The position numbers and the translations under genes are program-made. The notes below the pieces were generated by a model. It worked only from the letters and a program-made list of their open reading frames with translations. It did not search any database and was not told where the DNA came from. A stretch of 64,000 nt of DNA, from positions 64,001 through 128,000 of the forward strand of contig CAVXRD010000003.1 in NCBI GenBank assembly GCA_963764165.1, read 5' to 3'. How positions within the stretch are numbered: the first letter of the stretch is position 1; each line of letters begins with the position of its first letter. Below, piece after piece: positions 30,851 through 40,821 of the stretch. The stretch comes from an uncultured Verrucomicrobiae bacterium. Its GTDB lineage: Bacteria; Verrucomicrobiota; Verrucomicrobiia; Limisphaerales; Palsa-1400.

Positions 30851-31384
30851 TCAGGCAGCGGGTTTTTTGGCCACGATCACACCGGCGGGGCGCATGAGCC
30901 GGTTGCGAAATCTGTATCCTTTGCGAACCTGCTTGAGCACCTGGCCTTCGGGAGTTCCAGCGCTTTCCTCCTGGGAAATGGCTTCGTGCAAATTCGGGTC
31001 AAACGCTTTTCCGGTCGCGTCTATTTCCTCCAGCCCAGAGTCGGCCAGAATCGATTTCAATTGCTGGGAAATCATCGCCACGCCCGCCTGCAGGGATTTG
31101 GCGGAGGCATCGTTGCTGGCGGCCGCCAGCGCCATTTCAAACGTGTCCATCACCGGCAGCAATTTGGAAATCAAACTCTCATTCGCGTAGGAAATCGCAT
31201 CCTGGCGCTCGCGGGCGGCCCGCTTCTTATAATTGTCAAAATCCGCGTTGAGGCGGACGTACTTGTCCCAATTCTCTTCAGCCTTGGCCGCCTGGGCCTT
31301 GAGCTGTTCCAAATCGACCGCCGCCGGATCGGCGACTTGCGCCGCATCCTCGGCGAATTCACTGTTTTTCACGTCATTATCCAT
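30851..31384 (-). CDS. grpE: Nucleotide exchange factor GrpE
   Basis: ADFDNYKKR, LLPVMD, FDPNLHEA, GY....RLMRPA.V.V; start taken at ATG 31384. Confidence 0.95.
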   Translation of the reverse strand: MDNDVKNSEFAEDAAQVADPAAVDLEQLKAQAAKAEENWDKYVRLNADFDNYKKRAARERQDAISYANESLISKLLPVMDTFEMALAAASNDASAKSLQAGVAMISQQLKSILADSGLEEIDATGKAFDPNLHEAISQEESAGTPEGQVLKQVRKGYRFRNRLMRPAGVIVAKKPAA

Positions 31385-31503
31385 TTGCACACGAATATAC
31401 CAGAATGCGCCCAGTTTCAACCTCCGTCGGTCCGGGCGGTTGAGATTATTTGATGTCCCATGACGTCTTGACAAGCAAAGGCGCGGGCCGGGCACAATGA
31501 GGA

Positions 31504-32454
31504 ATGATCGACCATGACCGTCTGTTCAAAGAATTGCTGACCGAATTCTTTGGCGATTTCGTCGACCTGTTTCTGCCCCACTTGGCCGCTTATCTTGACA
31601 AATCATCCTTGGTTTTCCTGGACAAGGAAATTTTCACCGACGTTACCTCGGGCGAGAAACACGAGGCGGATTTGGTCGTCAAAGCCCGTTTTGGTGGGAA
31701 GGAGTCATTTTTTCTGGTTCATGTGGAGCATCAGGCTCAGGCCCATCAGGATTTTGGCAAACGCATGTTCCGTTATTTCGCCCGCCTGCGCGACAAGCAT
31801 GACCTGCCGGTTTATCCGATTGTTTTGTTTTCGCATGCCTCTCCCACGCCGGAGCCGGATTTCTACGAAGTAGGCTTTCCCGACCTGATGGTCATGCGCT
31901 TTCGCTTCCGGGTCATCCAGTTGGGGTTGCTCAATTGGCGGGATTACATGCGCCGCGCCAATCCTGTTGCCAGCGCATTGATGGCCAAAATGGGAATGGA
32001 TGCAGGGGATCGTCCGCGAGTCAAATTGGAATGCCTTCGCCTGTTGGCCACCCTGCGGCTCAATCCGGCCCGGATGCGATTGATTTCCGGATTTGTGGAC
32101 ACCTACCTTCGATTGAATGCGCAGGAAATCTTGCTTTTTCGGCGGGAGGAGGATAGCTTGGAACCCAGAGAAAAGGCTACCGTGATACAATTAACCACCA
32201 GTTGGAAAGAAGAAGGACTTCAGGAAGGACTCCAAAAAGGACGTCAAGAAGGACGCCAAGAAGGACAGCGGGAACTTGTCTTGCGCCTATTGCGCCGACG
32301 CTGGGGGCAATTGCCCGCTGGAATGGCGGCTCGGGTGGAGAGCTTGCCGGTGCAAGAGGTGGGAAACTTGGCCGAGGCGTTATGGGACTTTGCGTCTTTG
32401 GTGGATCTGGAAACGTGGATGGAGCAGCGTCCCCGCAGCATCACTCCGGACTGA
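31504..32454 (+). CDS. Rpn-family PD-(D/E)XK nuclease (putative transposase YhgA-like) with C-terminal DUF4351
   Basis: DHDRLFKELL; ADLVVK..HVEHQ; RMFRYF; (E/K)G(L/R)Q repeats encoded by 12-bp units at 32212-32268; LAEALWDF..L.DL..W. Confidence 0.85.
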   Translation: MIDHDRLFKELLTEFFGDFVDLFLPHLAAYLDKSSLVFLDKEIFTDVTSGEKHEADLVVKARFGGKESFFLVHVEHQAQAHQDFGKRMFRYFARLRDKHDLPVYPIVLFSHASPTPEPDFYEVGFPDLMVMRFRFRVIQLGLLNWRDYMRRANPVASALMAKMGMDAGDRPRVKLECLRLLATLRLNPARMRLISGFVDTYLRLNAQEILLFRREEDSLEPREKATVIQLTTSWKEEGLQEGLQKGRQEGRQEGQRELVLRLLRRRWGQLPAGMAARVESLPVQEVGNLAEALWDFASLVDLETWMEQRPRSITPD

Positions 32455-32485
32455 TTATAGTTCCCTGCCATAATCATCTGCTTTG

Positions 32486-33730
32486 CTATTTTTTTGGTGG
32501 CGGGACCGGTTCGGTCTTTTTCTTTTTAAATGGCCCGCGCAAATACCACTCCTTCTTCAACCCCTGAATCAAATCGTCCGTGTGAACAATTGTCGTTGAG
32601 ATTTCGGAGATAAGATTGGTGTTGACGCTCACCTGCCATGCCAGATTGCTCGTCAGGTCCGCGAGGTGTGTCAGAGTTTGGTCGAGGTTGGTGGCGAGCA
32701 TGGTGATATTTGTATCCGTGTCACCCACCGTGTCTTGCGCGGTCTTCAATGTCTCTCGCGCCGCTCGAAGCGTCGAGTCCAAATCCGCCGCTATATTCGT
32801 GGGTATAAGCCACGCGCCGAGCGCGCCGTTCGGATTTTTCAGGTTGCCGGTGATGGCGGCGAGGTTCGTCAACGTCGGTCCCGTCGCCTGCAAGGTGGTC
32901 TTTGCCTGCACTGCGGCGAGATTTGCGTTGCTCAGTACGGCGTTCAATTGGTTTGTGATGTTCAGGATGTTCGGCAGCGCCTTTTCCACCGTTCCCGCGA
33001 CCGCTTCCAATCGATCCGACAGAGCAGGCGCGTCAATGGGCGGCACCCAGAAATAATTCGTTTTTGTTGGGTCGACTGCGGTTGTGAAGCCGCCTTCCGT
33101 CGCATTGGTGTAATAGACATCACGGTTTGCTTCCACAAACTCAGTGAAGTTGCTGATGACGATGTTCGAGGCAATGTCAGGAGGCGTCAGATTATTGTCC
33201 GGGTCGGCGCGGAACGCGGCATACATCTCATTGAATTTCTTGGACGCCTGAATCCGCTTTAACACCATCAGTTTCCCGGAAACATTGGTCACCGCGGGAA
33301 GGCCAGGTTTGCCCTTCTCGATTTCCAAATAACGGTGCCCAAGGAAATCCGCGATCACCCGGACCTTCGAATCCCAAAAGACGTAACGAAAATAATTAGT
33401 CCCTCCTTCAACGGCGGTCTCGCGGATGTTGAAGAAAATAATCACGCCGCGCGTTTTTTCTGGGGGATTGAGCAGCACGCCCGTAACTTTGCCCACGGGA
33501 AAGCCCATGAGTTTCACCTCATCGTCCTTGCTCAGCCCGCTGGCGTCATTGATGCCTGTGGCGAAATTTATTTTCGTCACGAACCAGCCGCGGCTGTGGG
33601 CCGTCGAATAGAGGTAATATCCAAATCCGACGATCAGCATAACAATGGCCAGGATGACGAACCAGCCGACGACTTTTTCAACGCGTCGCAGGCGGGTTCG
33701 CAATTGGGGGGTCAAGTCTTGGAGTGGCAT
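32486..33730 (-). CDS. MlaD/MCE family protein
   Basis: N-terminal TM helix, MCE motif ASGL....VKLMG..VG.V, long helical C-terminus. Confidence 0.85.
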   Translation of the reverse strand: MPLQDLTPQLRTRLRRVEKVVGWFVILAIVMLIVGFGYYLYSTAHSRGWFVTKINFATGINDASGLSKDDEVKLMGFPVGKVTGVLLNPPEKTRGVIIFFNIRETAVEGGTNYFRYVFWDSKVRVIADFLGHRYLEIEKGKPGLPAVTNVSGKLMVLKRIQASKKFNEMYAAFRADPDNNLTPPDIASNIVISNFTEFVEANRDVYYTNATEGGFTTAVDPTKTNYFWVPPIDAPALSDRLEAVAGTVEKALPNILNITNQLNAVLSNANLAAVQAKTTLQATGPTLTNLAAITGNLKNPNGALGAWLIPTNIAADLDSTLRAARETLKTAQDTVGDTDTNITMLATNLDQTLTHLADLTSNLAWQVSVNTNLISEISTTIVHTDDLIQGLKKEWYLRGPFKKKKTEPVPPPKK

Positions 33731-33735
33731 AAAAG

Positions 33736-34482
33736 TTAGTTCATTTCCGGCGCGGTCTCGCGCGGGCCGTGGATTTGCCAGCGCCCGTCGCTAATCTCGG
33801 CGAAGTTGTAATGGTCATTCCAAAGCGAAAAGTCGGACGTGGCCGCGACCATCGTCATCTTCCGGCCTTCCATGAATTTGGAACCGTCAGCCAATTGGCG
33901 CAGAAATTTTCGCCACCACACGCGATGCGAGAATTCCAATCCCGCCATCGGCTCGTCTAAAAAAAGAATATCCGGCTGCATCGCCAGCGCGCGCGCCAGC
34001 CCGACCCGCTGCTGCCAGCCCGTCGTCAGGCGATGCGCCTCTTTATCCGCGAACGGCGTCAACTCGGCAGCCGCCAGCAGGCCCTTCACAAACTCCTCCG
34101 AATCCTCCTCAGTCCAATCATGATGATAGCGCAAGGGCAGGGCAATATTCTGCGCGACGCTCAAGTCCGGCAGCATCCGGCCGCCGCCTTTAAAGACGTA
34201 GCCGGAACGTTTGCGCTGTTCCAGCGCATCGGATTCGGAAAGCGTGTCGAGATTGAAGCCAAAATGCAAAACCGTTCCGCTGGCTGGCGGCCGCAGGCCG
34301 GACATCGTCGCCAGAAAAGCGCTCTTGCCTGAGCCGTGCCGCCCGCCCACCACCCAGAATTCGCCCGCATTGACCTTCCAATTCACGTCGCGCACCGCCA
34401 GAGCATGCGAATGCGAGCTGTAAACATCGGCGCCCGAGGCTTCGAGCAAAGGCGCATTGTTTTGTGAAATATTTTCAGCCAT
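33736..34482 (-). CDS. MlaF-like ABC ATP-binding protein (divergent motifs)
   Basis: Walker A GRHGSGKS; signature LTTGWQQR; LFLDEP; located in an MCE operon. Confidence 0.85.
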   Translation of the reverse strand: MAENISQNNAPLLEASGADVYSSHSHALAVRDVNWKVNAGEFWVVGGRHGSGKSAFLATMSGLRPPASGTVLHFGFNLDTLSESDALEQRKRSGYVFKGGGRMLPDLSVAQNIALPLRYHHDWTEEDSEEFVKGLLAAAELTPFADKEAHRLTTGWQQRVGLARALAMQPDILFLDEPMAGLEFSHRVWWRKFLRQLADGSKFMEGRKMTMVAATSDFSLWNDHYNFAEISDGRWQIHGPRETAPEMN

Positions 34483-35338
34483 GGGGAGATTGAACCACCA
34501 AGTAAACCACCAGGAAAATCGCGTCCAGCAGCACGATTCCCACCACGCATTTCGCGATGGCGCTCGTCGTTGCCTGGCTGACCTGCTCCAATCGCAGCGG
34601 CGTCGCCAGCCCTTCGTAACAGGTCACAATCGCGATCAGCACTCCGAAAAACGCCGTCTTCAAAATCAGCAGCACAAAATCCTGCCATAAAAGGGCGTTG
34701 GCCAATTGCGAAAAATATTCGCCAGGCCGCAAAGGCACGTTTTCTATGAACGCAAACAAATACCCGCTGAACAGCGCGCAAATGATGAAATAAATCGTCA
34801 GCGAAAAGCTGGCCAGGGCCATCCCAATGACACGCGGGACGACCAGATAATGAATGGGGTCAATGCTCAGCGCTTCAAGAGCTTCGACTTCACCGAGAGC
34901 GCGGGCGGTGCCCAATTCCACCACGTTGGCCGCGCCAACACGCGCCATCACCAGCAGCGCCGCCATGATGGGCCCCATTTCCCGCACCACCACACTCACC
35001 ATCACCGTGCCCGCAAAATTTTCCGCCCCGAACCGATTGAGCAGAAAAACGGTCTGTCCAATCACCACCAGCCCCAGCGCGCCGGAAAGGAAAAGAGTCA
35101 TCGGCAGCAGCGCCGCGCCCGCCCGCACGATATGCGCGCGGATGGACGGATGAATGACGCGCCGCGCCGTGTTGTATTTGCCGATGGCGACAGCCAGTGT
35201 GATGATCAGGAACGCGCTCATTCCGCGGAGATCGTCGGTCAAGCGAAGGAGCAAGTCCCCGGCGCGTTCCATGCCAATGGGCCGCAGCGCCGCGAACTCC
35301 TCCCCCGTCATTTCCTTTTCTGGCGAACCTTCCGACAT
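34475..35338 (-). CDS. MlaE family ABC permease
   Basis: VREMGP..AALL...RVG, ELG......EVEALE, DPIHYLVVPR. Confidence 0.9.
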   Translation of the reverse strand: MSEGSPEKEMTGEEFAALRPIGMERAGDLLLRLTDDLRGMSAFLIITLAVAIGKYNTARRVIHPSIRAHIVRAGAALLPMTLFLSGALGLVVIGQTVFLLNRFGAENFAGTVMVSVVVREMGPIMAALLVMARVGAANVVELGTARALGEVEALEALSIDPIHYLVVPRVIGMALASFSLTIYFIICALFSGYLFAFIENVPLRPGEYFSQLANALLWQDFVLLILKTAFFGVLIAIVTCYEGLATPLRLEQVSQATTSAIAKCVVGIVLLDAIFLVVYLVVQSPHG

Positions 35339-35450
35339 AGAACGTCACAGTAATTGACGGATTTCATCCCGTAAAGAAAAGAGACCGAATGAATGGAAAA
35401 TCCAAGAGACCCCGAAGGGCAGGCTGTCGCAATGGGAACCAGGGGCCGGC

Positions 35451-35495
35451 CACAGATTCACACAGATCAACACAGATTTTTGATTTGTCTGTGTG
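35451..35495. repeat. 10-bp-period CACAGAT array (3 copies) with a partial inverted arm
   Basis: CACAGATTCA CACAGATCAA CACAGATTTT followed by TCTGTGTG. Confidence 0.7.
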
Positions 35496-35502
35496 AAAGA
35501 AA

Positions 35503-35531
35503 TTGCTTTGAGCCAATGTTCAACGTATTGT
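35503..35531 (+). promoter_or_regulatory. Sigma70-like promoter of the toxin-antitoxin operon
   Basis: TTGCTT-17bp-TATTGT, ending 9 nt before the ATG at 35541. Confidence 0.5.
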
Positions 35532-35540
35532 GTTAGCACT

Positions 35541-35780
35541 ATGGCAAATAAACAAATCAGTGGAAGGCAGCTCCGGCACGGCAGCCCGGAAGAATCCCTG
35601 TCGCCCGGCGAGAGTTTGACGGTCAAAAAAAGGGGCGGAAAGGAATTCAGGCTTACGCGCACCGATTCAGGCAATCGTGACATAAATGCTCAGATGGATC
35701 AATTGTTCAAGGATATACCCCTGGAGGGGCCCCGCGAGGAAACAGACTTCGTCCGTGTGCTGATGGAGGATCGGGAGTGA
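35541..35780 (+). CDS. Putative antitoxin (partner of the downstream PIN toxin)
   Basis: 79-aa ORF with an acidic C-terminus; its stop overlaps the toxin start (GTGA). Confidence 0.75.
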   Translation: MANKQISGRQLRHGSPEESLSPGESLTVKKRGGKEFRLTRTDSGNRDINAQMDQLFKDIPLEGPREETDFVRVLMEDRE

Positions 35781-36217
35781 TCGTTTATTGCGATACAAGC
35801 TTCCTGTTCAGTTTTCTAAATGAGGGGGATGTCAATTACGCGGCCGCCCGCGGGAGAGCGCTTCGATTTTCTGGAGATGACTTTGTTATCAGCGAGGTTC
35901 ACCTGCTGGAATTTCCAGCTGCGGTGCGGGCAGCGACACACCGGCCTGTAGGTGCGATTTCCGCTTATATCGCGCGCGGAGTCATCAACCGGTTTGACCG
36001 CTCGGTGACGGGGAAAATCTTCATCAAGAAGCAGGTGGACCTGATCGAGTCGGTTAGCATGACCCGTTCGCTTGGCGAAACCTATGGATGGAAGGAACGG
36101 CACACCGCTTTTGACTTGTGGCACGTTGCGGCCGCATGGTCGCTTTCCGCCGGGGCTTTCCTGACTTTCGACCGCCGCCAAGAAAAACTCGCCCTTGCCT
36201 TGGGTATGAAGGCTTGA
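35777..36217 (+). CDS. vapC: PIN-domain (VapC) toxin
   Basis: MIVYCDTSFL, conserved Glu, FDLWHVAAA, FLTFDRRQ acidic PIN residues. Confidence 0.88.
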   Translation: MIVYCDTSFLFSFLNEGDVNYAAARGRALRFSGDDFVISEVHLLEFPAAVRAATHRPVGAISAYIARGVINRFDRSVTGKIFIKKQVDLIESVSMTRSLGETYGWKERHTAFDLWHVAAAWSLSAGAFLTFDRRQEKLALALGMKA

Positions 36218-36520
36218 CCTCGGTTTTTCCTGATAAATCGAATATTTCTGCCAAAAATCGTGCCGAAAAACCTCTGGTAGGTTTTTCAGTTTCATGCGGA
36301 CTGTGCCAAAGTGCATCCATGGATATGCAATGTCATATGCACAATGCCGATTTGCGCCGGAGTTATTTGGTGATTTTGGGGCTGTGGGTGCTTTTCGTGG
36401 CCGTCCTTGGCTGGACCGGGGGCGTTCTGTCATTGATGCGTACTCCAAGATGCGGAGGATGCCGCCGGGGTCCGAATTCGCCCTGTTTTTCAATTGCCAC
36501 CGAACCAAGGCCGCACGCGT

Positions 36521-36560
36521 AAACATAGGTAAACAAAGGTAAAAGAAGGCAAACATAGGT
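36521..36560. repeat. 10-bp-period tandem array (4 copies)
   Basis: AAACATAGGT AAACAAAGGT AAAAGAAGGC AAACATAGGT. Confidence 0.7.
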
Positions 36561-36701
36561 GAAATTGTCAAAAAACGGAGTTCGCTGTGAGAGATTCAAA
36601 TGCGCAAATGAGCCGCAATGCAAATGCGCGGAATCGCGCTCGCATAGATTTTCTTGCGAGCGGCCGCTTCGCGACTCATAGTAGATCAAATGTTCTTTTG
36701 T

Positions 36702-36778
36702 GCGCGCGTAGCTCAACTGGATAGAGTGACGGCCTCCGAAGCCGCAGGTTGTGGGTTCAACTCCCGCCGCGCGCACCA
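36702..36778 (+). tRNA. tRNA-Arg(CCG)
   Basis: Acceptor stem GCGCGCG/CGCGCGC, D-arm TAGCTCAACTGGATAGAG, anticodon loop CTCCGAA, T-loop TTCAACT, encoded CCA end. Confidence 0.95.
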
Positions 36779-36816
36779 CTATCCCCTTTGGCTCTTATTG
36801 CAGGCTGTTTAATTTT

Positions 36817-38898
36817 ATGTCTGAGGATAAATCTGTTGTAAAACCGGTGGAGGCGCCGCCTCTCACGCCACTGAATTTGCCGTCCAAGCTGGCTCCCACG
36901 CCCGCTGGGCCGCCGAAATTTTCCGTCAAAGTCAAGAACGCCGCCGGCGAAGAGGTCGTCCTCGGCGATCCTTCAGCCACGCGCGCGCTCATCGCGCTCA
37001 TGGATACCGAAGCGGTGAATGGCGGCGCGGCCAGCCACTGGGGCGGGCCATCGGCATTCGCGGAAATCATGGCCTCGATCCACGGGATCATGTTTGCGAC
37101 CAAAGGACGCCCCTGGCACGAAGCGTTTAATTTTGTCAACGACGCCGGCCACACCGAGAACGGCATTTACGCGCTCCGCTGCAATTATGGCTTCGACGGC
37201 ATGACGCCCGAGGACTTGAAATGGTTCCGCAGCATCAAGAGCAAATTGACGGGCCACGGCGAATCGCATTTGAATCCGCAAGGCGTTTTGCTGAGCAACG
37301 GGCCGCTCGGTTCCGCTCTGCCGCAATCGCAGGGGCTGGCCTTGGCGGATAAATTGCGCAAGAACGATCGGGTGACCATTTGCACCGTGTCCGATGGCGC
37401 GTCGATGGAAGGCGAGGCAAAGGAGGCGTTTGCGGCCATCCCAGGATTGGCGGCGAAGGGAAAATTGAACCCGTATGTGCTGGCCATTTCCGACAACGAC
37501 ACCAAACTTTCCGGACGCATCAGCAAGGACGCCTTCACCATGGAGCCCAGCTTCGAGGCGATGGCGATACTTGGTTGGAATGTCACTCACATTACCAACG
37601 GCCACGATTTGCAAGCTGTCTATCTCGCGGTGGAAAAAGGCATCGCGGAAGCGCGCGCGAATCCATTAAGGCCCGTTTGCCTGTGGTTCAAAACGATCAA
37701 GGGCTATGGCATCAAAGCGACGATGGAAAGCGCCACCGGCGGCCACGGCTTTCCGCTGGCCAATGGGGAGAAGGTCATGGACTTCGTCAAAGAAATTTAC
37801 GGCAAAACCGAGGTGCCCGCTGACCTGGAGGCGTGGGCGCACAAATTGCGCGAAGGCTGGGAAGAGAAGGAAGCCACCAAAAAAGCCAAATCCGCCGAGG
37901 CCGTCACTCCCGCTCCGCCCGCAGTCAAGAAAGACAAGGTGCAAAGCGGATTGGCCAAGGGCGCAGTGCGGGCCGCGCAGGAAGGGTTGCCAGTCTTTTC
38001 CGTTTCCGCCGATGTCGAAGGCTCGACGGGCATGAGCCTGTTCCAAAAAAGCTTTCCGGATCGTTTTGTCGAAGTCGGCGTGGCGGAGGCGAACATGATC
38101 AGCACCGGCGCGGGCCTTTCGAAGCTCGGCTTCATTCCTATTGTTGACACATTCGGCCAGTTTGGCGTGACGAAGGGGAACCTTCCGCTGACGATGTCCG
38201 CCTTGTCGCAGGCGCCGGTGATTGCGGTTTTTTCGCACGTCGGTTTTCAGGACGCGGCGGACGGCGCTTCGCACGAAGCCACCACCTATTTCGCCGCGAC
38301 TTCGCCCATCCCGCACACGGTGGTGATTGCATGCTCGTGCTCGGACGAAGCTGAATCGCTCATGTTCCAGGCGATCAAGCGGACAGCCGACGCGCGCCTT
38401 GCGGGCAAAGACGGGGAATCCGTGATCTTCTTTGTCGGCCGCGAAAATTATCCCGTTCATTTAGTTGACAACGCAAAGTACGAATGGGCCAAAGCCGATG
38501 TCATCGCGGAGGGAACGGATGTGGTCATCGTGGCCAGCGGCCCGATGGTGGGCCGGGCGATTCAGGCGGGCGCGCAATTGAAGGAGAAGGGGATTTCTGC
38601 CACGATCATTGCCAATCCATTCGTTAACCGGGTGGATCTCGACACCATCGGCCCCGCTGTCAAAAAGTGCGGCGGTCGGCTCATCACGATTGAGGATCAC
38701 CAGATTGTCTGCGGCATGAGCGCGCAATTGTCCCATGCGCTCTCGCGCGCGGGAATCGCGCACACGGTCACGGCGCTGGGCATCGACGGCGAGTTCGGCC
38801 GCTCGGCGTGGGTGGCGGAGAATCTCTACGAGCATTACGGAATGACTGCGGGGAAGCTGGTTGAAGCGGCGCAGGGCATGGTCAAGAAGAAGGGCTGA
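36817..38898 (+). CDS. Transketolase-family TPP enzyme (single chain)
   Basis: SHWGGP, DAGH, LTGH.E, GPLG, TPP-binding SDGASMEG..DN, EVGVAEANM, DGASH, TIEDH. Confidence 0.88.
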   Translation: MSEDKSVVKPVEAPPLTPLNLPSKLAPTPAGPPKFSVKVKNAAGEEVVLGDPSATRALIALMDTEAVNGGAASHWGGPSAFAEIMASIHGIMFATKGRPWHEAFNFVNDAGHTENGIYALRCNYGFDGMTPEDLKWFRSIKSKLTGHGESHLNPQGVLLSNGPLGSALPQSQGLALADKLRKNDRVTICTVSDGASMEGEAKEAFAAIPGLAAKGKLNPYVLAISDNDTKLSGRISKDAFTMEPSFEAMAILGWNVTHITNGHDLQAVYLAVEKGIAEARANPLRPVCLWFKTIKGYGIKATMESATGGHGFPLANGEKVMDFVKEIYGKTEVPADLEAWAHKLREGWEEKEATKKAKSAEAVTPAPPAVKKDKVQSGLAKGAVRAAQEGLPVFSVSADVEGSTGMSLFQKSFPDRFVEVGVAEANMISTGAGLSKLGFIPIVDTFGQFGVTKGNLPLTMSALSQAPVIAVFSHVGFQDAADGASHEATTYFAATSPIPHTVVIACSCSDEAESLMFQAIKRTADARLAGKDGESVIFFVGRENYPVHLVDNAKYEWAKADVIAEGTDVVIVASGPMVGRAIQAGAQLKEKGISATIIANPFVNRVDLDTIGPAVKKCGGRLITIEDHQIVCGMSAQLSHALSRAGIAHTVTALGIDGEFGRSAWVAENLYEHYGMTAGKLVEAAQGMVKKKG

Positions 38899-38902
38899 GC
38901 AA

Positions 38903-39460
38903 ATGCCTCCGATCAAGTCGCTGAAGGGGAAACTCATCCTGGACGGTGGGAAACTTCAGGGGTCATTCTTTCACCGCTCGGTTGTTCTGATTTGCCAGCA
39001 CGATGCCGAAGGCGCGTTCGGGCTGATCTTGAACCGCGAGACGGAAAACAAAGTCGGCCAGGCTCTCACGGCGAATCTGCCGGCGCAAATCAAGGAGAAG
39101 CCGCTGTTTCTGGGTGGACCGGTGCAGCAGCAGGCGCTGAGCTTCCTGCACAGCGACCAGTTTTTGCCGGACGCCAATGTGATGGCGAACCTGAACTTAG
39201 GCCATTCACTTGACACGCTGGTGGAACTCGGCGATTCCTTTTCCGGGACGCAAAAACTGAAGCTTTTCGCGGGCTACGCGGGCTGGAGCGCCGGGCAGCT
39301 GGACAACGAAATGTCGCGCCAGGACTGGCTGGTGCATCCGGCCAGTTTGGAATTGGTATTTACAGAGAAGCCGGCCGAATTGTGGCGCGTCATCATGCGC
39401 AAAAAGGACATGAAGAGCCGCCTGATGGCGGACGCCCCGGACGATCTTTCGTGGAATTAA
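38903..39460 (+). CDS. YqgE/AlgH family protein
   Basis: F.RSVVLIC.H...GAFGLILN, GGPV, GYAGW.AGQL..E. Confidence 0.92.
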   Translation: MPPIKSLKGKLILDGGKLQGSFFHRSVVLICQHDAEGAFGLILNRETENKVGQALTANLPAQIKEKPLFLGGPVQQQALSFLHSDQFLPDANVMANLNLGHSLDTLVELGDSFSGTQKLKLFAGYAGWSAGQLDNEMSRQDWLVHPASLELVFTEKPAELWRVIMRKKDMKSRLMADAPDDLSWN

Positions 39461-39465
39461 ATCGA

Positions 39466-40212
39466 TTACGCCAGCGCCGTCCGCTGATGTTTTAATAGTT
39501 GACTGATGCCCAGTTTTCCGAGGGCCAGCATTTCCGCCAATTGTTTTTCAGTGTAAGCCGTTTCTTCGCCGGTTCCTTGCAATTCGATGAATTCCCCATC
39601 GCCGTTCATCACCAGATTCATGTCGACTGCTGCGGCGACATCTTCCACGTAACACAAGTCCAGCAGGGCGCGCTCTTGCACGATGCCGACACTTACCGCC
39701 GCAACGGGCTTCAATGCGATGTGCGCCGCCAATTTTCCTGCGCTTTGCAACGCTTTGATCGCGAGTGATAACGCGACGTAACATCCCGTGATGGCCGCCG
39801 TTCGCGTGCCGCCGTCGGCCTGCAGGACATCGCAATCGAGCCACACCGTGCGCGGTCCGATTTTTTCGAGGTCGAGCGCCCCGCGCATGGCGCGGCCGAT
39901 CAGGCGCTGAATTTCCTGCGACCGCCCGTCGATTTTTCCCTTCGAAATATCACGCGGTTTGCGTGTCAGCGTGGAGTAGGGGAGCATCGAGTATTCCGCT
40001 GTGATCCAGCCGCCTGTGACGTTCTGCTCTTTCATCCAGCGCGGGACGGTTTCCTCGATGGTCACGCCGCAAATCACGCGCGTGCTGCCCCACTCGACCA
40101 AGGTCGATCCGGACGCGTGCGGGGCGATGCCATTTTGAAATCGGATCGGGCGGATTTGATCGTGGGCCCGCCCGTCGGCGCGTTTGAAAGTCAGAGTCTC
40201 AGAAGAAGTCAT
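39466..40212 (-). CDS. rph: Ribonuclease PH
   Basis: GWITAEYSMLP, EIQRLIGR, DCDVLQADGGTRTAAITG, ELQGTGE. Confidence 0.97.
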   Translation of the reverse strand: MTSSETLTFKRADGRAHDQIRPIRFQNGIAPHASGSTLVEWGSTRVICGVTIEETVPRWMKEQNVTGGWITAEYSMLPYSTLTRKPRDISKGKIDGRSQEIQRLIGRAMRGALDLEKIGPRTVWLDCDVLQADGGTRTAAITGCYVALSLAIKALQSAGKLAAHIALKPVAAVSVGIVQERALLDLCYVEDVAAAVDMNLVMNGDGEFIELQGTGEETAYTEKQLAEMLALGKLGISQLLKHQRTALA

Positions 40213-40329
40213 GTGAGCGCATCGTAGCGGGGTCTTCCCGCCCGGGCAATCGCAAAGGTCGGGCAGTCCAATCGACGGCATCCTGATTCGGCATTGCGTT
40301 GGGCCGCGGAAAAACGTTAACTGTGCGGC

Positions 40330-40821
40330 GTGCCAAGTGTCGGTGAACAATTGCGCCGTGCGCGTGAAGCCCAAAAACTGGGTGTGCAAGAGGTCGTGGA
40401 TTTGACGAAAATTCGCGGGGATCATCTCCGCGCGCTTGAGGCCGGCGATTACAGCGTTTTTTCCGCGCCCGTTTACATTCGGGGGTTTGTCCGCGCCTAT
40501 GCCAGATTGCTCAAGCTCGATGTCGACCAGATTCTCGAGCAGCTGGGCCAGGAATTGGCGGATTCAGGGCAGATTGATCCGCAGCTCTCCCCGCCGGAGA
40601 AAAGCTCAATTGACACCGCCATGTTTTACGCCTCCAAGGTCGGGCGCGGGTTGGTTTGGCCGGTCGTGGGCGGGGTGCTGGGAGTGGTGCTCATTGTCGG
40701 CGGCTATATGTTGTGGAGCCGCCAGCGAAGCGCGGACCCGGCGGCGGGATTGGGGCCCGGGCTTTATCAAGCGCCAACGAACTCCGGCGACATTTTGCCG
40801 CTTCCGGGCCCAAAATTATAG
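40330..40821 (+). CDS. RodZ-like HTH membrane protein (short, lacks the periplasmic domain)
   Basis: VGEQLRRARE..TKIR...L.ALE.G..YIRGFVRAYA..L followed by one TM helix. Confidence 0.85.
   Translation: MPSVGEQLRRAREAQKLGVQEVVDLTKIRGDHLRALEAGDYSVFSAPVYIRGFVRAYARLLKLDVDQILEQLGQELADSGQIDPQLSPPEKSSIDTAMFYASKVGRGLVWPVVGGVLGVVLIVGGYMLWSRQRSADPAAGLGPGLYQAPTNSGDILPLPGPKL

Noticed and set aside
28964..31384. grpE-dnaJ without dnaK or hrcA
   Set aside because: Split chaperone operons are common; dnaK is probably elsewhere in the genome.
35533..35560. CIRCE element (TTAGCACT)
   Set aside because: Only a partial left half-site with no GAGTGCTAA partner; none was found upstream of grpE either.
35340..36778. 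Prophage or integrative element at tRNA-Arg
   Set aside because: No integrase, no phage genes and no duplicated tRNA end; transketolase follows the tRNA directly.
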